Shown in pieces: positions 11,946 through 26,625 of a stretch of DNA of 64,000 nt. Both the position numbers and the translations under genes were made by a program. The notes under the pieces are model-generated. The model was not told the DNA's origin. It saw only the letters and a program-made list of their open reading frames with translations, and did no database searches. The first letter of the stretch is position 1; each line of letters opens with the position of its first letter. The DNA comes from Octopus sinensis. Taxonomy: Eukaryota. The stretch spans positions 4,278,001-4,342,000 of the forward strand of contig NC_043024.1 in the NCBI RefSeq assembly GCF_006345805.1. Direction: 5' to 3'.

Positions 11946-13201
11946 AAAGGTACTACTCAAAAACAATGGTCCCGGTGGGCGCACTCGTGCTAGTCCGTCA
12001 TGACTGGTCGATCCTTCAACGACTACCTAGCGCGAGTATGCAAATTAAGATGCGCGCATAATGATATATGTATATAATGGCTGAATATATATCAAATAAA
12101 ATGGGTTTTGTTTTAAACAAAGGAAATAAAAGACTCAACAAAACAAAGGTACTAGTCGTGGAGACAGGACCCTGTGCGCGAAGACGCGCATCCGCGCTAG
12201 CCAGTCGTAGGTATGCGTATGGAAATGAGCTGATTGACGCAACATTGCAAAAACTAAGTTAATAGCGAGCCCATACTGAAGCTTAGGAAATATTTTTCAA
12301 CGATATACGGTGTATATTATTTTGAAGACAATTGCCTTTTTTTTTTGTCACAAAACAATTAGAAGCATTGAAAAAAAAAAGCATGAAAATTCAAAAAGAA
12401 GTTTTAAAAAATTGGCTTAACCCCTCCCCAACAAGGTAATTTTACTGTAGGCTTCAACAGGAAAATCGGTTCCTGATGACAAGCCAACAACGTGGGGTCA
12501 GAATTTAGTTGCCAGGCAGATAGAGGAAGGGTAGTACAGTGACAGATCACAGACGAAGATAACACTAATTGCCTCGTATGAAATGGTTCACTGCTTTAAC
12601 TTATGAGGCTCCTGTCAACGACCAAGTCTCTTCAATGTAAACTTATAGTAACCAAATTTCCCCCACGTAGAAATAAAACATTTCTATGAAGTAAAGGGTC
12701 ACTTTACGCCTGGTTAAAAATAAACTCCTTTGATCAGGTCTGCACGACCAGGGCAATCTTGAGACTGGGAACTGTTCAGCTGAAGTTAAAGACGAGAGTT
12801 CAGTTGGGTCTTTGGAGAAACTGAAAACAAGGAGCAAACACAGACCTTGTACAAGTTCGGTCAAGAGATATCTTCCAGCGAGCTGTTAGAAATAGCAGCC
12901 GAATGTTTTTTTAAAGTCAAACTGAACAATGCAGTATTGGATTTACAACAAAGCGGGATGGCCACGACCAAAATGTCTAATAATTTAGGGTTGGTCAGGG
13001 GTTAAATCCCAGTTGAAAGAGAACGAGCATAGTTGAATGGTTAACGAAGTTTGCCGTAGCTATTCAAAGTAAACACAAGTGAATTGTCGCCTGTAGTGGT
13101 CTACTTTGAAAAAAAAAAACGTTTTGCATACGCAAGTCGCTGAAGGATCGACTGGCTAGCGCAGATGCGCGTAATAGGGTCCAGTCTACGCGACTAGTAC
13201 C
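11946..13201. repeat. Three diverged copies of an 80-100-bp CpG-rich module: 11946-12045 (+), 12148-12226 (+) and 13122-13201 (-); a fourth at about 19708-19807
   Basis: Shared GGTACTA...GG(A/T)CCC...GCTAG...GTCG...ATG(C/G)AAA; copies 2 and 3 form an inverted pair about 1 kb apart. Confidence 0.6.
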
Positions 13202-13862
13202 CCACCCGTATTCCTTTTTATTATGGGTGGCTATGGCTTCTACCATACGATTTTCCTCTCATTTTACAAATAAATTTCCTCTATATCACATGTAACATCC
13301 GATCATAGGTTTTCAGAAACAACAAATCAACATTTCAGTTTGGAAGTTATTAATTAAGACGAGGTACGTTCTGAGTTCAAATTCCGTCGAGGCTGACTTT
13401 AACCTTTTATTCTTTCTGGGTCGATAAATTAAGTACCAGTTAAATATTGAAGCCGATGTAATCGACTATTGACCTCCCTCAAATTTCAGGTCTTGTATCT
13501 AAAGAAGAAAATATTATTTAAGAAGAATTAATATATTTTCCTTATATTTTTATGTTTTCGCTTCGAAATAATTACTGTAACATCGAAAGATTCACAGAAT
13601 TCTACGATTTACAATATTATTATTAGTATTATTATCATCATTAAAGCCTTAAAGTAAATCTTTGTCAACTTACCCTGTTCAGATAGAAACTGCGAGTCAG
13701 CGATCGCTAATTAAGCACCTTAATTAATAATTGGAGCTTGGTTGATGTAGTGTAGAAGTTATTTCCCTTTGTATGATTGTATTTCTTGAATTCTCCAATA
13801 GGTGTCTCTACTGACTGGTTGGATTCGTTCCAGCATTTTTGTCTGTTCCCTTATGTTGACTA

Positions 13863-14597
13863 CCAGCAGTATAACCCGGCGTTGCTCGGGTTCTTTTCGA
13901 CCCTTTAGAATTGGAATTTTTGAAAAGTAAAAATGTTGCATTATGTAGCTTTGAACATTTCTCTGGTTGAAATACACCGAAAAATGGTGACACAGCAGCC
14001 AAAAAATCACAAAATATAGGGATTTTCATAGAAAAAAAAGCACCTTTTTGATGTAAATAATTTTTGGTGTTAACATGGTCCGATTTGAATTTTATCTTCT
14101 ACAGAAGGAAGAACAGGCCTTCTTCTATCATACTCTCAATTTTGGTCAACTTGCTCCACAGGTTCTCGGAGGAGATAGTGTTAGTTGAAGGCTACCAAAC
14201 CTGCCACACACAGACAACTTCAGCTTTATATATATACTAGCAGTATCGCCCGGAGTTAATCGGGTTGTTTCGACCCTTTAGAATTGGAATTTTTGAAAAG
14301 TAAAAACGTTGTTTCATGTAGTTTGTTATTCTCTTTAAGTGAACATTTTTCTGGTTGAAATACACCGAAAAATGGCAACACAGCAGTCAAAAAATCACAA
14401 AAAATAGGGATCTTCATAGAAAAACAGCACCTTTTTGATGAAAACAATTTTTGTTGTTAACATGGTCCGATTTGAAGTCTTCTATCATACTCTCAATTTT
14501 GGTCAAATTGTGTCACAGGGTCTCGGAGGAGATAGTGTTAGTTGAAGGCTACCAAACCTGCCACACACAGACAACTTCAGCTTTATACACATAGAGA
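13863..14597 (-). mobile_element. Head-to-tail tandem pair of non-autonomous Helitrons
   Basis: Minus-strand 5' TC at 14597; 3' hairpin CCCGAGCAACGCCGGG followed by CTRR ends at 13863 (CTGG) and 14237 (CTAG); A-T insertion site. Confidence 0.8.
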
Positions 14598-15449
14598 TTT
14601 CACTTTCAATTCTTTTTTTAAAATTTTCACCTGGTCATTTTAAGACAGTTTACTCATATTCTGTTACAAAATACTGGTCCCCAGATACAGGAACCATGCA
14701 AATGATTTTTGGTGTAATTTATAGAGATTTTCGTCTCAAATTGCCCACTGCTGGCCTCAATTTCATTATCTTCACTGTAGAATATGTTATTTCCTAAATC
14801 TATTTCATCATCGTCAACTTCAATGTTGTCACTGTAAGACATACTCTTTTACTTGTTTCAGTCATGTGACTGTGGCCATGCTGGAGCACCGTCTTTAGTC
14901 GAGCAAATCGACCCCGGGACTAATGCTTTGTAAGCCTAGCACTTATTCTATCAGTCTCTTTTGCCGAACCGCTAAGATACATGGACGTAAACACACCAGC
15001 ATCAGTAGTCAAGCGATGTTGGGGGGATAAACACAGACACACAAACACAAACATACATATATACTATATTAAATTAGAGATAAAACCACTATTAGGCAAA
15101 TTAAACAGTGAAAATCATAAACCAATACATCGAAAAAAAATTAATTAATAAAATATATAAAATATAAAATTCAAAATTTAAATTATTAAAAGTTAAAATT
15201 TAAAAGATTATTTAAATTAATAATTTATACTTATAAATTTTTATATATGTATATATATATATATCATTATTATTATTTTTTTTTTTTTATATATATAACT
15301 ATATATATATATATATATACATATATTTCCGTCGACCAAATCCACTCACAAGGCTTTGGTCGGCCTGAGGCTATAGTAGAATACATTTGCCCAAGGTGCC
15401 ACACAATGTGATTGAACCCGGAACTAAGTGGCTGGTAAGCAAGCTACTT

Positions 15450-17242
15450 TATTTCAATTATTTTGCCATAAAGGCATTACACAGAGGGGACATATAACAA
15501 TTAAGAATATGTAAAAATAAAATGATACTGTGAGTGACTTGAAAATGAACGTGAGAAAATAAATTAAGTTTATGATAAAGGGGGTAAAGACCCCCTTCGG
15601 TCATGAATGACCATGGGATTGCACCTAGAAAGTTACCCTCCTAGACACAAGTCCGGGCAAGGTTGTTTATGGAAGACCAGCAGTCGCCCATGCATACCAG
15701 CCTCCCCTCTCCACGCCACCAGTGTTATCCAAGGGAAAGACAAAGGTCGATACAGCTTGGCAGCAGTGACGTCGCTGAGTGAACTGGAGCAACGGGAAAT
15801 AAAGTGTCTTGCTCAAGAACACAACACGCAGCCCGGTCCGGGATTCGAGCTCACAACCTCACGATCGTAAGCTCGACGCTCTAACCACTGAGCCATGCGC
15901 CTTCACATGCATGATATCTGAAAATGAAAATATGAAGAGTGTGCTACTCACCCCACTCTGAGCAACACCACTCGCTGCCTTTGAGTCTGAATTCTTCTCT
16001 AATCTCTGGTCTAGTCCTTCTATTTCCACTCTCACTATCGCTTAATGACAACATTCTTTCGCAACCTTTTTCACCGGGGGAGGGGTTTTCTAAATTCTGT
16101 GGTGTCTGCTCTTTTTTCTTTTTCTTTTTTTCTTGTGGGGAAAGGGAGTGGGTGGGTCTGGTGTCTGTATGGGGCGGGTGGGTCTGAGTGGTCTTGGGTG
16201 GGATGGAGTTGGACTGGGGTACCATATCACACTCGCTGTTCTTTCTTTTCTTCCTTCTACTCTCTGCTACAATCCATTCTTCCTCCTTTCATCTGTCTTT
16301 CTTTTCATCCTCTTTTTTCTCCTTCGTCTCCGCAACTGGTTCATCTGTTTTTTCCTCTATCTTTTTCTTCTGTAGTGGGCAGTGTGCTGTAATGTGGCCT
16401 TTTTGGCCACATTTAAAGCATAGCGGGGTTCTGCCTTCTACCCATACTCTCAATACTATTTCTCCCATCGTCACCGTTTCCGCCAAATTTTCCAGCTCCT
16501 TCGCCTCCGCTTGTATGATCATATCCAGTATTTTTCCTTTGTAGCTTCCTTCCTCTGTCTCTGTGGCTTAGAGGACCGTCACCTCCTCACTTCCAACGAG
16601 GACAGCTGCCGCAACCCAAGCCACTTTTATGTCAGGTGGAATTCCTTCTACCCTCACCTTAGAATTCTTTCTTCCAAGATAGGAGGGTAGAAGTACTAGT
16701 TCCTCAGTTTTTACAGTTGTACTTGCCAGCCTCTTTGCCTCCTCTTCTGTCCTAAACTGGACAACCACCGTCCCATATCTGCTTCCTTTTGCTATATATC
16801 TTCCTTCGAAAGCCCCTTCAGAGCTTTTTCTACTTTTTTCATCTTCATCTGCTCCACCCTCCTACTCTCCACTGAGTGCACCTTGTAGGTAATAGTCTTC
16901 TTTTCCATATTTACCATAACCATTTTCGGGGGTAATAACTTTATATCACTTCCCACCTTCTGTGTCATCATACACAGCTCCTTCAGTTCGGTTAGGTCTA
17001 CTTCCTTTTTCTTTACCTCTGCCGCGTCAGCAAAACTTTTTATTCTTTCCAAATGCTCGTCCATTCTGTTTACCAACTTAACGAGCTCCTCCTCTGATGT
17101 GGATAGTTCATACTCGCTAATGTCTGGATACATTCTTTTCCACTAGTACAACTTTCGCCAACAAACCGCTGGCAAGCAGCTCAAAGGATTCCGTCCGCAT
17201 CGTCAAAACTCAACACAGCAAATAACTCAACGCATGCGCGTT
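15450..17242 (-). mobile_element. ORF1-only non-LTR retroelement (RRM-like region plus CCHC knuckle), inserted in the SINE head
   Basis: Broken ORF from ATG 17133 to about 15944 with CFKCGQKGHITAHC; no RT or endonuclease; target duplication AGTAGCT(C/T)GCT at 17243-17253 and 15438-15448. Confidence 0.8.
15590..15907 (-). mobile_element. Second tRNA-derived SINE family, nested in the 3' UTR of the ORF1-only element
   Basis: Head GTGAAGGCGCATGGCTCAGTGGTTAGAGCG...CTCGAATCCC followed by TGTGTTCTTGAGCAAGACACT. Confidence 0.8.
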
Positions 17243-17279
17243 AGCGAGCTACTAACCACACAGCCACTCCTGTACCTAT

Positions 17280-17592
17280 ATATATGTATACGACGGGCTT
17301 CTTTCAGTTTCCATCTACCAAATCCACTCACAAGGCTTTGGTCGGCCCGAGGCTATAGTAGAAGACACTTGCACAAGGTGCCATGCAGTGGGACTGAACC
17401 CGGAACCATGTGGTTGGTAAGCAAGCTACTTAGCACACAGCCACTCAGTTTCCATCTACAAAATCCACTCACAAGGCTTTGGTCGGCCCGAGGCTATAGT
17501 AGAAGACGCCCAAGGTGTCACGAAGTGGGATTGAACCCGGAACCGTGTGGTTGGTAAGCAAGCTACTTACCACACAGTCACTCCTATGCCTA
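17280..17592 (-). mobile_element. Two tandem 3'-truncated SINE copies
   Basis: Repeated AAATCCACTCACAAGGCTTTGGTCGGCCCGAGGCTATAGTAGAAGAC; both have the empty site AAGTAGCTTGCTTACC or a close variant. Confidence 0.85.
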
Positions 17593-17837
17593 TGTCAACC
17601 ACTTTACAGAGAGCACTGGTTGCTTTGTTTTTATGGGACACCATCACCAGTGCTGCTGAGTTGGCACTAGTACCTGTGCTTATAATATGAGCCCCTTATC
17701 CATGCATTTTACGTGTCACCACCATCAATGCTTCTTTTTGTGTCATCTCATCACCAGTGCTTGTGATATGGGTCCAGCAGCAGCACAATTGCCTTTTTCC
17801 TGGGACCCTCACCAGCGAATTGTATATGACAACAAAA

Positions 17838-19953
17838 CCAACATGGTCCCCAAGGACCTTGCAAGACAAAATAGCTCAAAACTGGCAGGGAGGAAGGTAG
17901 TATTGAAGGGACGTCACCTTGTGCCAGTTGACAGGTTTAAGGTAGAAAGGGAACAGGGTCCAGATATAGAGCAAAAAAAACAAGCACAAAATAAATATTT
18001 TATTCATTATTCTTTATTAAGAAATTCCTATAACTGATGAAAGGAAAAAGCCTGTGTTTTAGCAGAGCAAATAGTGTTAATTATTGTTATGACTTAATAA
18101 ATTTTGACATTGAGACAGTAACACGTCTCTGTGAATAGCCACATGTTTATGCATGTGGCTTTTTCGAGAGAATCATGTGCCACACATGTCACACTGACAT
18201 GGCTACTCTCATGTAGGGATTCGTTCATGGACAGTTAAGTTAGGTCTATGAGAGAATGCTTTAACACAGACAAGACCATTACATAGGTTGTGTCTGGTAT
18301 GAACATTTTCATGTGTAGTTACAACACCATTTGCAAAAAATGAATTACAACAACTAATGCGGGATTATGGCTTCTCTACTGTATGTGTATGCATGTGTCT
18401 ATTCAACTGATGCCTTTGAGAAAATGACTCACCACAAATATCACGATGATAAGATTTCTCACCAGTATGAAGGCGATTGTGAGTAACCAAATGACTATTA
18501 CGAGAGAATGATTTACCACAGATATCACAATGATATGGTTTCTCTCCTGTATGTGTACGTTTGTGTCTAACAATGTCACTACTGTAAGAAAATGATTTTC
18601 CACAGATATTACAGTGATATTCTCTTTATCAAGGTATTCTGATTCAGTTAAATTATTCATTATGAGAGAATTACTTATCATACACTTCACAATGATAAAG
18701 TGTTTTTCATTTCCATGAATACATTTCTGTTCACTTGTGTCACTTCATTCAGATAACATTTTAATGCAGTGTTTCTTCCATACATTTCACAGAAAGAAAA
18801 ATATTCCGCTGTTCCTTGTTGTAGACTGTATTTATATACAGGGGTAGACTTATTCCTGAATGCTCCTTACAAATATACTGTCTTCCTTTAGGTGATGAGA
18901 ATATCAAAGACACTTCTGAATGGAGAGATTTCCTTCACATCAACATGTGATATTCTGAAATAGGAAAAGAAGCAGTAAGATAAAACTGGATTGTTGACCA
19001 ACATAAGTAATTCTACTTGTCTGGCACCTTTCCGCTAACTAATTAAAACTCCCACTTATCTTCATGGGCACTGAACTTCCCTCTAGGATTCATACGTGCC
19101 CACCCTGATGGGCTGAAGAATGACATAGCAGAACCGTGCTCTGGTGTCCCAACTAAAATAGCTTTCCTGACTTGCTACAATATTAAATACTGGCAGAATC
19201 ACTAAGATGCCGGATTAATTGCTTAACAGCATTTCGTTTGTAAATAGCTTTGTCAAACTAGAGATAAAAGCAATCAGGAATGGGAGTGTGTCTGTGCATT
19301 GTTTATTTCTCTTTAATCATGTACACACTGTGAGGGTGAGTACGATTGATCATTTGAGCATCTTACAATTTCATGAGTCCTTTATTAAAAAAAGGGACAA
19401 TGGTAATTATTCTCCTTCCTCTCGCAGGTGTTACGACTACTCACGGAAACGGAGACACACGTCTTTGTGAGCAGAAGGATCTCCGCAGTAGAATCAATAG
19501 CTGCAAACCCTCTGAAGACCTCACAGGTTGTGTCCGGGTAGAATGGATATAATTCGCCTCTACCCATCTATAGACAGAGATTTCTTGTAGGGTGCTTGTA
19601 AAGACAAGAACATTACATACGTTGGTGAGACATCTAGAAGCATTGCAGGGGGATGAAATAAAAATTAGAGGCAGCATGACCACATAACCAGTCCTCCATA
19701 CTCTACCAAAGGTACTACTCAAAAAGAATGGTCCCGGTGCGCGCACTCGTGCTAGTCCGTTGTGACTGGTCGATCCTTCAACGACTACCTAGCGCGAGTA
19801 TGCAAATTAACAGATGCGCACATAATAATATATGTATATAATGGCTGAATATATCATCATCATCGTTTAACGTCCGTTCTCCATGCTAGCATGGGTTGGA
19901 CGATCAAATAAAATGGGTTTTGTCTTAAACAAAGTAAATAAAAGACTCAACAA
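17838..19953 (+). repeat. Segmental duplicate of 8886-12145 (ZNF gene with 3' UTR, intron and promoter)
   Basis: Long colinear identity with indels: 595 bp less in the CDS, lacks about 245 bp and 351 bp segments, gains an about 47-bp RTE tail at 19854-19902. Confidence 0.92.
18365..18690 (-). pseudogene. C2H2-ZNF pseudogene retaining fingers 1, 9 and 10 of the 9413-10333 gene
   Basis: 326 bp versus 921 bp = 7 x 84 bp plus a 7-bp frameshifting deletion before finger 1; first Cys of the last finger changed to Arg. Confidence 0.88.
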
Positions 19954-19963
19954 AAGAAATTAC

Positions 19964-21203
19964 GGCAATCTTTCGTCTCTAGTAGACCATTCTGTCGATT
20001 TCCGTAAAAATTTTTTTTTTTTTACATATGGGCTTGCGGGAACTTTTGAAATAATGAGAGCGAAAGAGACTAAGAGAAAGCGATTGTATGACGAGGGAAA
20101 TTCTTTTGAAGTTACCGTCCAGGGGAAGCATTGATGTACATGTGTGTGTGTGTGTGTGTTTGATGGGGTGTGGCAGACAGACAGTATGTTGTGTAAGTGA
20201 AGTGCTTCTGTTAGTGTGTGCGAAGAGACAGAGTAATGTGTGAAAGAAAGAGATAACTGAAATTTTTTACTCGGTGTATGTGTATATGTATGTATATTAC
20301 TTCAAAAGTTCCCGCAAGCCCATATGTAAAAAAAAATATTTTTTTACGGAAATCGACGGAAAGGTCTACTAGAGACGAAAGATCGCCAAAATGGCGATCT
20401 TTCGTCTGTAGTAGCACGTTTCCGTCGATGATTTCCGTAAAAAAAACGAGTAAAAAATTACACTGAATCGGCCATACATACATACATACATACATACACA
20501 CATACATACACACACACATACATAGATACATACACACACACACATACATGCATACATACATATACACATACACCGAGTAAAAAATTTCAGTTATCTCTTT
20601 CTTTCACACATTACTCTCTCTGTCTCTTCACACACACTAACAGAAGCACTTCACTTACACAACATACTGTCTGTCTCCCACACCCCATCAAACACACACA
20701 CACACACACATGTACATCAATGCTTCGGTAACTTCAAAAGAAATTCCCTCGTCATAAAATCGCTTCCTCTTAGTCTCTTTCGCTCTCATTACTTCAAATG
20801 TTCCCGCTCTCATTACTTCAAATGTTCCTTACACACACACACATACATACACACACACACATACATGCAGACATACATATACACATACACCGAGTAAAAA
20901 ATTTCAGTTATCTCTTTCTTTCTCACATTACTCTCTCTGTCTCTTCGCACACACTAACAGAAGCACTTCACTTACACAACATACTGTCTGTCTCCCACAC
21001 CCCATCAAACACACACACACATGTACATCAATGCTTTCATAGCTTCAAAAGAAATTCCCTCGTCATAAAATCGCTTCCTCTTAGTCTCTTTTGCTCTCAT
21101 TACTTCAAATGTTCCCGCAAAGCCATATGTAAAAAAATAAAAGTTTTTTACGGAAATCGACGGAAACGTGCTACAAGCATGCTACTACAAACGAAACATT
21201 GCC
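19964..21203. mobile_element. Two adjacent MITE-like elements (19964-20387 and 20393-21203) in inverted arrangement; the second has an internal tandem duplication
   Basis: Terminal inverted repeats GGC(A/G)ATCTTTCGTCT...AGACGAAAGATCGCC; 20055-20295 is reverse-complemented at about 20550-20810 and 20870-21110. Confidence 0.75.
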
Positions 21204-21587
21204 AAAAAGAGGTTAGGGAACGAATCTGAAAACAAAAAGGCCCGGAAAGCAATGGGGGTGGGGAGAGGCCTTCGGAAAATTCACAAGATACGATGTTTTT
21301 CCCTCATAACTTTAAAATGGGTTTTTAAAAATGAAATTTTATATAAATACCTTTCAGACGGTATAGATTAGAATTATAAAGAAATTTGTGGGGAAAACCT
21401 TTTCTGAGGGGGTGGGGAGAGGACTTGGGACGATTCACAAGATCCGAGTTTTTCCCTCGTAACTTTGAGGAAAATATAATCCTTTTAAAGTTATAAATTA
21501 GGATTTTCCTCAGGAACTTCGATGCTAAACATCCCTTTGAAGGGTTCAGGTCTTTACTTCTACTGTGTTTATATATATATATATATC

Positions 21588-21715
21588 ATCATCATCATCA
21601 TCATCGTCGTTTAACGTCCGTTCTCCATGCTAGCATGGGTTGGACGGTTCGACCGGGGATCTGGGAAGCCAGAAGGCTGCACCAGGCTCCAGTCTTATCT
21701 GGCAGTGTTTCTATA
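21588..21715 (-). mobile_element. RTE-type 3' end fragment with (ATG)n tail
   Basis: Reverse complement of 3960-4080. Confidence 0.8.
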
Positions 21716-22343
21716 TATATGAAATGCTTAGCAGTATTTTGTCTGTCTTTACGTTCTCAGTTCAAATTCCGCCAAGGTCGATTTTGCCCTTCATCCTTTC
21801 GGGGTCGATAAGTTAAGTACGAGTTGTGTACTGGGATCAATCTAATTGACTGGCCCTTCCTCAAAAACTTCGAGCTTTGTGCCTTAGAGTAGAAAAGAAT
21901 GTTGATACTTTACTGACTTTTCTCCATGTTTCATCTTCAACAGAATTTTGACATCAAGCTGCCCGTATCTATGTATTTGTGTATTTACGAATGTACAGAA
22001 GGAGGCAGAGGAGAAGTGATGTCTATGTTACCAAACAAAGCTGTGTTAATACGACACATGACTGAGGTGAAACCATCAGATATCTAGTGTCATTGACATG
22101 TATATTGGTGTGTGTGTGTGTGTCTAGGACAGATGCAATGTCCAGGAGGTGTTATTACGATAGATATGTCTGTGATATAAACCTCTTGAAAATAGAGAGA
22201 TGGGATAAATTTAATAGATCAGATAAAGAATTACTTCTACAATTTTTGAAAACAGAAATGTCGTAAATTTGCATTTTTGAATATCTGCCTTTTAAACATG
22301 CTTTATGTCTTATATTATTTTTTTTATTCTTTCAGAAAATCAC

Positions 22344-22451
22344 ATGAAATTGGCTAAAAGTATTTTTTTACTTTTAAAGAATCATCAATATGTATCATGT
22401 TTGAAAGACTCTGCAAAGATATTCTACAAACGTATAATCTTGCTTCTATAA
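22344..22451 (+). other. 35-codon uORF conserved upstream of MSEEL-type ZNF genes (also 30649-30756, 36737-36844, 43729-43836, 52826-52933)
   Basis: MKLAK(S/K)(I/Y)FLLLKNHQYVSCLKDSAKIFYK(R/C)I(I/L)LLL*, starting 8 nt after a conserved TTT(C/T)AG acceptor. Confidence 0.55.
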
Positions 22452-22744
22452 ATCATCGCTGAATTACAGTAAATTATTTCCTCTGAGAGAGAAAGCATTT
22501 CTTTACTTCTGTGTCTGAAATGTGCAAGAGATAATTTTCTCTTTTAAATGTACTTTGATGGATTTACAAAAGTATTTGCAGCATTTCTAAATATTAAGAT
22601 CACATTTAAAAGAAAAGTGATATTTGTTTGGAATAATCTATAAAAGCAAAAAGAAGAAAAATATATTTTGGTGAGAGAAGAAATATTCCTATAAAGTTGT
22701 TGATCTGTACAACTTGAAGGATCGATTTTATTTTTCTTGGAGAG

Positions 22745-23452
22745 ATGTCGGAAGAATTAAGAAAATCATCATATGACTGTGACATCTGCAAAGAGTCATT
22801 CTTAGAAGAAAGTAAATTCAGTCAACACAAACAAATTCATGAAGGGGAAGCACCATACCAATGTGATATCTGTTGTAAATCATTCAGTCGAAGAGGTAGC
22901 TTAGCTACTCACAAACAGCTTCATATAGGGAAGAAACCCTATCAGTGTGATATCTGTGCTAAATCATTCGCCGATGGCAGTAACTTCATTCGACACAAAC
23001 ATATTCATATGGGGGAGAAACCATATCACTGTACTATCTGTGGTAAATCATTCTCTAATGACAGTCACTTAACTCGACATATACGTATCGATACAGGAGA
23101 GAGACCTTATCCCTGTGATATCTGTGGTGAATCGTTCTCTGTTGGCAGTAGCTTAACTCGTCATAAACGTATCCATACAGGAGAGAAACCATATCACTGT
23201 GATTTATGTGGTAAATCTTTCTCTGAAAACGATAGCTTAACTCAACACAAACGTATTCATACAGGGGAGAAACCCTATCAATGTGGTGTCTGTGGTGAAT
23301 CATTCTATCACAGAGGTAACTTTACTACTCACTCAAGGGTTCATACAGGGGAGAAGCCATATCACTGTGACATCTGTGATAAATCATTCTCTGTTAGTAG
23401 TTGCCTAACTAGACACAAGCGTGTTCATGCAGTGGAGAAAACCTCCCCGTGA
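22745..23452 (+). CDS. C2H2 zinc-finger protein, 235 aa, 8 fingers (finger 4 has His to Asp)
   Basis: Intact ORF with TGEKPY linkers; acceptor at 22335; degenerate fingers continue downstream of the stop. Confidence 0.85.
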   Translation: MSEELRKSSYDCDICKESFLEESKFSQHKQIHEGEAPYQCDICCKSFSRRGSLATHKQLHIGKKPYQCDICAKSFADGSNFIRHKHIHMGEKPYHCTICGKSFSNDSHLTRHIRIDTGERPYPCDICGESFSVGSSLTRHKRIHTGEKPYHCDLCGKSFSENDSLTQHKRIHTGEKPYQCGVCGESFYHRGNFTTHSRVHTGEKPYHCDICDKSFSVSSCLTRHKRVHAVEKTSP

Positions 23453-23502
23453 TATCAATGGCAAATTAGTCTATCAAAGAAGTAACGTAACTACTTACAA
23501 AA

Positions 23503-26190
<2,688 letters not shown>

Positions 26191-26625
26191 TTCAGTTATT
26201 CATGCTTCTGTCTATCACACGGACTTCATTGATGGAGATTCTCTTCACCCGGGCACCTTTCCTGTTGCCAATCCCCATATGTTTCCAAGCAAGGAAACGT
26301 TTTCCATGGTAAGACATGTTCGACACAGAAGACTGGAAATGACCATCTGCATTTGTATGACGGTCATTTACAAACACCACATCTGGACAAGGGTACACAC
26401 ACACATATGCATGTCTGGAGAATTTCTTATAGGAAATATTTTACATTTTTAATCTACATCTAAATGTTTGTAATTCCTTGTAGGAAATGAAACACATGTA
26501 ATGCTGAATAAATGATATCAAACTTTTATCTGGTTTCCTTATGTGATATTTAATTACTCTGCAAAAAATAACCAAACCTAATGCAAAAATAATATGTGTA
26601 TATATCCTCGTTTTTTTCTGTGTTC

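Larger units (their letters stand above)
14860..17277 (-). mobile_element. tRNA-derived SINE split by nested insertions: head 17243-17277, body 15330-15449, tail 14860-15060
   Basis: Pieces match the uninterrupted copy at 59183-59580; A-box-like TGGCTGTGTGG and B-box-like GGTTCAATC. Confidence 0.85.

Noticed and set aside
12226-13122. snRNA gene suggested by octamer motifs
   Set aside because: No U1, U2, U4, U5, U6 or 7SK 5' sequence was recognised on either strand; a covariance-model search would be needed to exclude a divergent ncRNA.
15840-15907. tRNA genes (also 42738-42810 and 63186-63260)
   Set aside because: These tRNA-like heads run directly into SINE bodies, two of them with clear TSDs, so they are not stand-alone tRNA genes.
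16045-16544. Plus-strand hydrophobic ORFs
   Set aside because: They are the antisense of the lysine/glutamate-rich ORF1 of the minus-strand element.
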